Source: a virus. Taken from it: DNA of 64,000 nt. The stretch's first letter is position 1; every line of letters starts with the position of its first letter. The stretch is taken from UHGV virus genome UHGV-0036384, one strand, 5' to 3'. The translations under genes were made by a program, and so were the position numbers. Of this stretch, positions 53,003-61,000 are shown piece by piece. The notes below the pieces were generated by a model. That model did not search any database. It was given only the letters and a program-made list of their open reading frames with translations, and was not told the origin of the DNA.

Positions 53003-54034
53003 ATGTCCAATTTACTGACCGTACACCAAAATTTGCCTGCATTACCGGTCGATGCAACGAGTGATGAGGTTCGCAAGAACCTGATGGACATGTTCAGGGA
53101 TCGCCAGGCGTTTTCTGAGCATACCTGGAAAATGCTTCTGTCCGTTTGCCGATCGTGGGCGGCATGGTGCAAGTTGAATAACCGGAAATGGTTTCCCGCA
53201 GAACCTGAAGATGTTCGCGATTATCTTCTATATCTTCAGGCGCGCGGTCTGGCAGTAAAAACTATCCAGCAACATTTGGGCCAGCTAAACATGCTTCATC
53301 GTCGGTCCGGGCTGCCACGACCAAGTGACAGTAATGCTGTTTCACTGGTCATGCGACGGATCCGAAAAGAAAACGTTGATGCCGGTGAACGTGCAAAACA
53401 GGCACTGGCGTTCGAACGCACTGATTTCGACCAGGTTCGTTCACTCATGGAAAATAGCGATCGCTGCCAGGATATACGTAATCTGGCATTTCTGGGGATT
53501 GCTTATAACACCCTATTACGTATAGCCGAAATTGCCAGGATCAGGGTTAAAGATATCTCACGTACTGACGGTGGGAGAATGTTAATCCATATTGGCAGAA
53601 CGAAAACGCTGGTTAGCACCGCAGGTGTAGAGAAGGCACTTAGCCTGGGGGTAACTAAACTGGTCGAGCGATGGATTTCTGTCTCTGGTGTGGCTGATGA
53701 TCCGAATAACTACTTGTTTTGCCGTGTCAGAAAAAATGGTGTTGCCGCGCCATCTGCCACCAGCCAGCTATCAACTCGCGCCCTGGAAGGGATTTTTGAA
53801 GCAACTCATCGATTGATTTACGGCGCTAAGGATGACTCTGGTCAGAGATACCTGGCCTGGTCTGGACACAGTGCCCGTGTCGGAGCCGCGCGAGATATGG
53901 CCCGCGCCGGAGTTTCAATACCGGAGATCATGCAAGCTGGTGGCTGGACCAACGTAAATATTGTCATGAACTATATCCGTAACCTGGATAGTGAAACGGG
54001 GGCAATGGTGCGCCTGCTGGAAGATGGCGATTAG
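53003..54034 (+). CDS. cre: Cre tyrosine recombinase
   Basis: 343 aa MSNLLTVHQNLPALPVDATSDEVRKNLMDMFRDRQAF..., recognised as Cre. Confidence 0.95.
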   Translation: MSNLLTVHQNLPALPVDATSDEVRKNLMDMFRDRQAFSEHTWKMLLSVCRSWAAWCKLNNRKWFPAEPEDVRDYLLYLQARGLAVKTIQQHLGQLNMLHRRSGLPRPSDSNAVSLVMRRIRKENVDAGERAKQALAFERTDFDQVRSLMENSDRCQDIRNLAFLGIAYNTLLRIAEIARIRVKDISRTDGGRMLIHIGRTKTLVSTAGVEKALSLGVTKLVERWISVSGVADDPNNYLFCRVRKNGVAAPSATSQLSTRALEGIFEATHRLIYGAKDDSGQRYLAWSGHSARVGAARDMARAGVSIPEIMQAGGWTNVNIVMNYIRNLDSETGAMVRLLEDGD

Positions 54035-54051
54035 CCGTTCATTTGCGCTTG

Positions 54052-54068
54052 ATTGTTCTAATAATTTG
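54052..54068 (+). promoter_or_regulatory. C1 operator-like site downstream of cre
   Basis: attgttctaataatttg. Confidence 0.4.
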
Positions 54069-54084
54069 ATATTTATGGTGACAC

Positions 54085-54396
54085 ATGCGGAAGGATTTCA
54101 AAATAGACGGAAAATATGTGGTGCTGTCTGTAAGCTCTCAAATTCAGTCACCATCTGTCATTGTCACCGTAAAGTTGAGCGATAGGATGCCTGATATCGA
54201 CTCGATATCTGTTGCGTTCCCCGTTAAAAGTATGCGGAGTGCTGAACATTTTGTGATGAATGCAACGGAGGAGGAAGCGCGGCGCGGGCTTACTAGAGTG
54301 ATGGTGGAATTTGGCGAACTCCTGGGTAAGGTAAACAATGCCCTTTCAATCAGTTCAGCAAGATCCAAAGCGTTAACAGCTTCCATGATGAAATAA
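54085..54396 (+). CDS. Cra-like small protein
   Basis: 103-aa ORF directly after cre. Confidence 0.4.
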   Translation: MRKDFKIDGKYVVLSVSSQIQSPSVIVTVKLSDRMPDIDSISVAFPVKSMRSAEHFVMNATEEEARRGLTRVMVEFGELLGKVNNALSISSARSKALTASMMK

Positions 54397-54527
54397 AAAA
54401 AGCCTGGCAAGGAGCCAGGCTGCACAAAAGAGCGGGTTTGTATTCCGCATCCAATCAATCAAGAAGGAGTATAGCACACAGGTACTGAAGTGAAAAAATG
54501 TGATTCGCGATTAACAAAATATCTACC

Positions 54528-54544
54528 ATTGCTCTAATTGATTG
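54528..54544 (+). promoter_or_regulatory. C1 operator-like site upstream of ref
   Basis: attgctctaattgattg. Confidence 0.45.
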
Positions 54545-54642
54545 CTATAATTAAGCCGCAGTTTTTGTCAACTACGAAGACGTTGCCATTACTTAACTCC
54601 TTGACATCATTGGCGGCCATTAGGCCGCCTTTTTTTTGCCAT

Positions 54643-55203
54643 ATGAAAACAATCGAACAAAAACTTGAACAGCGCCGCGAGTGGCAGAAGGCAGCCAGAG
54701 AACGAGCGATCGCTCGGCAACGGGAAAAGTTGGCTGACCCCGCCTGGCGAGAATCGCAATATCAGAAAATGCGGGATTCTATCGACCGCCGTATCGCTAA
54801 ACAGAAAGAGCGCCCACCAGCCAGCAAAACGCGGAAAAGTGCGGTAAAGATAAAATCTCGTGGCTTGAAGGGGCGAACATCGACAGCGGAGGAACGGAGC
54901 ATCGCCAATGCTCTTGGCGCTCTCCCCTGCATTGCCTGCTACATGCATGGAGTAATATCTGAAGAGGTATCTCTGCACCATATCTCCGGTCGTACCGCGC
55001 CGGGTTGTCACAAAAAGCAATTGCCCCTTTGTAGATGGCACCACCAGCATGCAGCACCGGCTGAAGTAAGAGAAAAATACCCCTGGCTGGTACCTGTTCA
55101 TGCCGATGGTGTGGTTGGAGGCAAGAAAGAATTCACCTTGCTGAACAAGTCAGAGATGGAGTTGCTGGCTGACGCCTATGAGATGGCAAACATCATGCAC
55201 TAA
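54643..55203 (+). CDS. ref: Ref, HNH-family recombination enhancement endonuclease
   Basis: 186 aa from ATG 54643; CIACYMHG...HH...CRWHH HNH/zinc motif. Confidence 0.8.
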   Translation: MKTIEQKLEQRREWQKAARERAIARQREKLADPAWRESQYQKMRDSIDRRIAKQKERPPASKTRKSAVKIKSRGLKGRTSTAEERSIANALGALPCIACYMHGVISEEVSLHHISGRTAPGCHKKQLPLCRWHHQHAAPAEVREKYPWLVPVHADGVVGGKKEFTLLNKSEMELLADAYEMANIMH

Positions 55204-55391
55204 TAAATATATTATTTTTAATCTGAAATAATTGACAACTGACAAGTGACTTCAGTCAGAATCATCACATGCCCGGTACGGATGGATCCCTTTTCAAATA
55301 TTCCATGGACGGCACAGTCTGAGTACCGGGCGCTACCTTCAGTTGTATTGCTAAGCCGCCGCTGGTGGCTTTTCTTTTTTGTAGGGGCGCT

Positions 55392-56033
55392 ATGGATAAG
55401 AAAATATGCGTTGTGTCGATGAGCGTCGGCAAACCGGCGTCAATGACTGCTGCATGGATCAATAACGAGCTGATAATGGCTGAGCGGACCAGCTACCCTG
55501 AACGCCGCCGCGATATGGAACTCCAGCTGCTGCGCGAATTGCGAGAAAAAGAGGAAAAGGGTTTTATCGTGCTGGTGGAAGAGGAAAACAGCTTTATTAC
55601 TGGTCGAGTTGGCCAGCGTGTAAGGTTGCGCGATCCCTTCATGAACGGCAGGCCGGTACTAATTGAGGCAATGCAGATTTATAAGGAGCTGGAACGCCAG
55701 AAAGCAATCAAGTTACCGCGCAAGGAATCCGGCAAATACATTCTCCACCAAAGCATCTTCGATTCCGAACACGATAAAAAAGGCGATGAATTTTTCAACA
55801 TCAACTGGAGCGAAATAACGACAGAGCATGTTCTGACGTTACTATGTTGCTTTGCGACGGAATACAACAACGTTGCCAGCGCCGACTACATCAGGGCAAT
55901 GGCTGGAGAAGTTGAGGCCCGCCAAGAACCATCGTTACTAAGTCCACTGATTAACATAATTCTGGGCACCCAGATACTGGAACAAAAAAAAGTGCCGAAA
56001 GGGGTATTAACAGGCAAGCATAATTATTTTTAA
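55392..56033 (+). CDS. Mat-like protein (particle maturation)
   Basis: 214-aa ORF after ref. Confidence 0.45.
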   Translation: MDKKICVVSMSVGKPASMTAAWINNELIMAERTSYPERRRDMELQLLRELREKEEKGFIVLVEEENSFITGRVGQRVRLRDPFMNGRPVLIEAMQIYKELERQKAIKLPRKESGKYILHQSIFDSEHDKKGDEFFNINWSEITTEHVLTLLCCFATEYNNVASADYIRAMAGEVEARQEPSLLSPLINIILGTQILEQKKVPKGVLTGKHNYF

Positions 56034-56126
56034 CAATTACATACAGTAATTTTGTGGTTACATTCTCCATTGATTTTCTAACCGCTTTATCATTAGATGT
56101 AACAGCATGTAAATCATTTAAAATGG

Positions 56127-57263
56127 ATGAAAGCAATGGGGAATGAAGTTTATCAAAGTCAAAAATGCAAGTTGAAATATTCAAAATCTCAAATTGATAG
56201 GGCTGCTCAATTGATAAGGCACGGGTGTAGTGACGAAGAAAGGCAGCAATCTATTGAAATGATACAAAATTTCCGTGAGCTGCATCTTTATCCATTAATG
56301 CTCATGAAAAATCATTTAGCAAGAGCAGCTGCTAAGGTTGACAAGGACAAAAAGATTCTCGTTGCAAGAAGACTTAAGCGACTTTCTACCATAATAGATA
56401 AACTAGAGCGTCCTAGTCTTGATGGAGGCAGAACTAGCAATGCAATTAAATTAACACGGATGCAGGACGTTGGCGGATGTAGGGCCATTGTCAGAAACTT
56501 AGACCAGTTGATACAGCTAAAGGAACGTCTTTTAAAAAGCAAATCTGTTCATAGGATTGTTAAAGAGTATGATTATCTTACTCCCAAAGACAGCGGCTAT
56601 AGTGGAATCCACCTTGCATACAGTTGCTTCGATCAGAAAGAGGATCAATATCCGTGGCGAAAAACAAAGATTGAGATACAGTTAAGAACTCAATTGCAGC
56701 ATGCTTGGGCTACCAGCCTTGAAATAATTGATACCCTTGAAGGTATCAAGCTGAAAACTTCAAGTGAAGGGCATCCAGAATGGAGACGATTTTTCTATCT
56801 AGCCGGATGTCTTGTAGCGCACGACGAAAAAGCCTGCACTCTTGATGAGCTAGTTGTATCTCAGTATGAAGGCGAGCTTAAAGAGCTGGAACGGACTTTA
56901 TCTGTACGGAGGAAACTAAGCACATACACCATCGCCTTAAATTTAACTTCTGACGCGAATTTGATTAAGAAGTTGCCAAAAAATCATAAGGGGCATTACT
57001 TAGTAACAATGAGAAATGCAGAAAACAAGCCCAATACAAAAAACAAAAAAATGTTCCTAGTGTCTGTTCGCGCATTTAAAACAAAAGAAGCAGATGAAGC
57101 CCTTGAGGCCTTAAATAAAGACGATTCTAATCCTAATGTATTGATATCTGTTCTCGTTGCTACAGATAACATTAAGTCACTAAAAAAAGCCTACCCCAAC
57201 TATTTTGGCTCAACAAACCAGTTTACAAAATTCTTAGATAAGCATCTTCGTAACGAAGGATAG
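56127..57263 (+). CDS. fused toxSAS toxin-antitoxin candidate (RelA/SpoT-domain, CapRel-like)
   Basis: 378 aa; all four synthetase motifs in order (RLKRLSTIIDKLER, DVGGCRAIV, GYSGIHLAY, EIQLRTQLQHAWA); Lys-rich C-terminal ~170 aa; AT-rich; occupies P1 res-mod position. Confidence 0.75.
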   Translation: MKAMGNEVYQSQKCKLKYSKSQIDRAAQLIRHGCSDEERQQSIEMIQNFRELHLYPLMLMKNHLARAAAKVDKDKKILVARRLKRLSTIIDKLERPSLDGGRTSNAIKLTRMQDVGGCRAIVRNLDQLIQLKERLLKSKSVHRIVKEYDYLTPKDSGYSGIHLAYSCFDQKEDQYPWRKTKIEIQLRTQLQHAWATSLEIIDTLEGIKLKTSSEGHPEWRRFFYLAGCLVAHDEKACTLDELVVSQYEGELKELERTLSVRRKLSTYTIALNLTSDANLIKKLPKNHKGHYLVTMRNAENKPNTKNKKMFLVSVRAFKTKEADEALEALNKDDSNPNVLISVLVATDNIKSLKKAYPNYFGSTNQFTKFLDKHLRNEG

Positions 57264-57299
57264 TTGCTTAATTTTGCCCGGTAATTCCGGGCAAAATTG

Positions 57300-57548
57300 T
57301 CAATCTGCATTCAGGAGCAATGCGTTATCTATGATGATCTGCTCCCATTCTTCGAATGCCCGATCGCGGACGCCCTGGGGAACACTGTTAGTTTTGAAAT
57401 CGACCACCGTCCGCCATTTCCCGTCCGGGCGGTACATGCGCAGAGCTTTACTTCCCCCTTCCCTGCGCACCTCAACGTTATGCTTATCAGCAAACTCTTG
57501 TAATGCTCGTAGCGTCCCATGCTTTACTGTGTAGTATCGCTTTTTCAA
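57300..57548 (-). CDS. lxc: Lxc-like modulator of C1
   Basis: 82-aa ORF downstream of ulx/darB. Confidence 0.55.
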   Translation of the reverse strand: MKKRYYTVKHGTLRALQEFADKHNVEVRREGGSKALRMYRPDGKWRTVVDFKTNSVPQGVRDRAFEEWEQIIIDNALLLNAD

Positions 57549-57985
57549 GTTTTCTCTCCAGCCTGTGCCAAGGCTTCAACTTCCAAATCGTAAGACTCAA
57601 ACTCATAGTCCTGGTCGTCAACTTCTTCAGGCACTGGCAGTAAATGCCAGGCTGAGTATATCTGACCATTATCAAAACGCTCCTGGCTGTAGAGCGTCGC
57701 GGCTATGAGTGTTAGCGCCGGGCGGTCATAACGGTAAATTTTGCGAACGTCACGGTCAACGAGACGACCGAAATTACCATAACCGCGCTCCAGTAATAAT
57801 TTTTTAATTTCCGGCCAGTATGGGCCATAGCTGCGGTACAGGCGGGGATTTTTCAGTAATCGCCCGCGTAGCCCTGACAGGAAGAAATCAACGTATTCGT
57901 CTTCTGTCTTTCCTAACAATGCCGTACGCAGTACCGCCTCAAGATATGTTTTATTCGGTTTTATTGTATCAGATAGTGTGGCCAT
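57545..57985 (-). CDS. ulx: Ulx-like protein
   Basis: 146-aa ORF between darB and lxc. Confidence 0.5.
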   Translation of the reverse strand: MATLSDTIKPNKTYLEAVLRTALLGKTEDEYVDFFLSGLRGRLLKNPRLYRSYGPYWPEIKKLLLERGYGNFGRLVDRDVRKIYRYDRPALTLIAATLYSQERFDNGQIYSAWHLLPVPEEVDDQDYEFESYDLEVEALAQAGEKT

Positions 57986-58018
57986 ATTATGCGACGCCCG
58001 GCGAACCGGGCGCTCCTG

Positions 58019-61000
58019 TTATGCGTATTGTTGGATGACGGCCAGAACGTCCGCCACGTTGTGTTTTGTCTCGATAATCCACCAGTTACCCGGGAAATCG
58101 CTGTTCTTCGCCTTCGCTGGCAGCCAGCGAGCGCCGAATTTCGCCTTGATTGCGTCTTTCGCACGGAAAAGAACGCCTTTCATGCCTGAGGCTTCCTGAA
58201 GCCCAAATACCTCGCCAGCGGCGAATTTTGGTGCGTACATCATCTTCAGGTCGGCGGTGGATACGCGATAATTCAGACCAAGAGACTGAGCTATGCTGGT
58301 GGCATCACCCTGTATTGATGATAACTCTTCTTGTTTCTCGTTTCTGGCGGCAATTTCTTCCTCCGTGATGTTGCCAAGGGCCAGGTTTATCCGATCAGCG
58401 TCGGCCTGTTTCTCTTCATCGGTGCGTCCGGCAAGAACCGTGTTAACTCTCTGCAATATCTCCACATGATTCTTGCGCATGCTGAGCAATTCCGGCGTAA
58501 CCTCGTTAAGATCCACCAGCCCAAGGATGGCAAGGTCGGAAAACATTGATACCAGGTTGTAGGTCATGCGATAGCTGAGTTGACCATAGGCTGATGGCAA
58601 CTTCACCGCATCCATTTGATAGGCATCCATAAATTTAGAGCCGTCGTTTACGACATCCGCAATTGCCGGTGTGATTTTTCCTGTGGTGGCGGCCTCCCTG
58701 ATTGCTGTTACCCACGATTGAGTCAGCGCGGCGACTGCATGATTCAGATTGGCTTTCCGTTCTGCTGCAATGCGCGCACTTGCTGCGTCCATTGCCTGCT
58801 TGATCTCGTCTTTATTGCTGTAAATGCCAATGGTGCCAAACTGTGCTGTGGTGATCTCATAATCTGACGCCCGGAACTCATTGGTACCGAAAATGGCATT
58901 GGTGACTTCAAGTTCAGAATCCCCGTTACGAGTAGACCCCTGGCTTGTTTTTTCCGGCATTCTGGCGATCGCATCCGCTATTTTCTCCTGAATTGCTTCA
59001 GGGGATAGCGTATCTCCGTATGACGCGATTACATCGCCATAATTGGAGCCAAACAATTCAACCAGGAATGTTTCTGCCGAACGGATCTGGCGGTTATTCC
59101 CTTCCGACATCATACCAAGCACCCATTTTGCAATTGACGACTTCAGCGCGCCGTCACGGCGATCCGGGTAAACCGCATGCTTCAGTGGGTCCGTATAGGT
59201 GCCAACAAAATCAATGCTATAGCCTGACTCTGTAGTCTGAACGCCGTATGAGTCAGTGATTTTGATCATGCCGCGCTGCTGGAAACGGTAGAAATCGTCA
59301 CAGGAAATGATGTCGTTAATCCCGGCGATGGAGACGCCACCACTGATTTTCTGCATAACAGCATCTTCATCGGGAGTTACATCCACCTGTTTATCCAGCG
59401 TCTTCACATCCCAGTTACCCGATTTGGTGCCTTTGAAGGTAAAGATGATCTCCACGTCTGCGCGCTGGCTGTCGAAGTCCAGCGACTTAATGCGAACGAT
59501 ATCACCGGCACAATCATAGTATTGGCCTACACGCCATGAGCGATCGCCGATAACAAGGAACTCATTCGCATGGTTAACCAGATCAGGATCAACATCCAGA
59601 ATGCCTTTATTTATTGCATCCTCCACCAGCGGGCGCAGGCGTTTGATATCCGTCGCGGCCTTCTGAGTACGGTTCAATAATTTCTCATAGCGGGAGATGG
59701 CCTGAGAGATATTAGCCTTGCGCTGAATGGCGCTTTTCAACGACGCGCGATACTGTGCTAACAACATACGGTCTGTGTGATGGACGCTACCCCAGCGGGC
59801 TTTCCAGTCTGCGTTATCAGCTGCTTTGGCCATTACCGCCTGTTTGAATTTGGCGACGTCGGCGGTGGTCTTTTCAAGTTCCGCTTTGCTTCGCTCCAAT
59901 TCAGCGGTAAGTACCTCCACATCCTCACCAGCTGCGTGCTGCGCCTTGATGTAGTTCTGAAGGTCGATAGTAGCCTGTTCTTTCTGGCGAGCGCGTTTCG
60001 CAGCTTTCGCCTTATCCATTTGAACCTGCATCATTACCAGACGTTCGCCGTCATCCTTCGCGGTATACATCTGCATTTCGATCATGTCATTGGCGTCGGC
60101 GTTCTCCATTTCTGACTTATCTGAACGGAGGATATCGGAGATCCAGCCTGCTTTACGCTTCAGCGTCTTCAGTCGGTATTCATCGAAAGACCCCTTGCCG
60201 CAGTAGTAGTGAACGCGAACGCTTGCACGGTTGGAGCCAACTCGTGCACCGCGACCGTTACGTTGTGCGATACTGGCTGGTGTCCACGGCAACGTCAGGT
60301 GGTGGATATCCGTCGTTCCTCGATGCAGGTTGATACCCACCTCTGCCTTTTTGTTGCAGATGATGATCGGAGTCCGGCCCTCCTGGAAGTCGGCTGCAAT
60401 CTTTTCCAGACCGCCCAACGACATTTCATTTTGCTGCGCGATATAGGCGTCATACAGAGCCATTTGCTCGTTGTATTTCGCTATCTGTGCATCTGTTGGT
60501 TCATCCGGTAGCTCTTTCGGCGGTTTAACCGCTTTCAGTTTCTTACCGGTTTTACCTGCCTCGGCAACCGTCTGAGCATTCAGGATCCCCACCTTTGAAG
60601 GTTCAAGGTTTAGAGCATTGCAGATAATGCGCTTGAGCTTCTGGTGCTGCGTTTTTTCATCGGTGAAGATGATTTGCTTACCTTCCGGGAAAAACTCCTT
60701 CAGCGTGGCGATCAGCTTCGCGTATTTCGGCGTAACGGGGTGAGTTACGGTCTGTTCGTCAATGCCAAACCTGGCCAGGCGATTATTCACTTCCTGCTCA
60801 AATGCTTCCGGTACCTGCAACTGAATAAACTCGCCCTTATCTATCAGGGAGTATTGCGATTGCTGCGTGATCGAATCATCACTGTCGTCGTCTTCGCTGG
60901 TGGCTTGTTTAGGCAAACTGTCCGCCAGCTGCTGCACCGCATCGGCGTACTCCGGCAGGAAACGATAGGTGATCCTGCGATAGTACAGGTCCATGTCAGT

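Noticed and set aside
54400-54430. Terminator after the cra-like ORF
   Set aside because: The gcctggc/gccaggc hairpin is followed by a T-run only on the minus strand, where no gene is being terminated; left unannotated.
56034-57300. IS1 or other insertion sequence / res-mod genes expected from P1 synteny
   Set aside because: No transposase ORF, terminal inverted repeats or type III R-M motifs here; the interval holds only the RelA/SpoT-domain gene.
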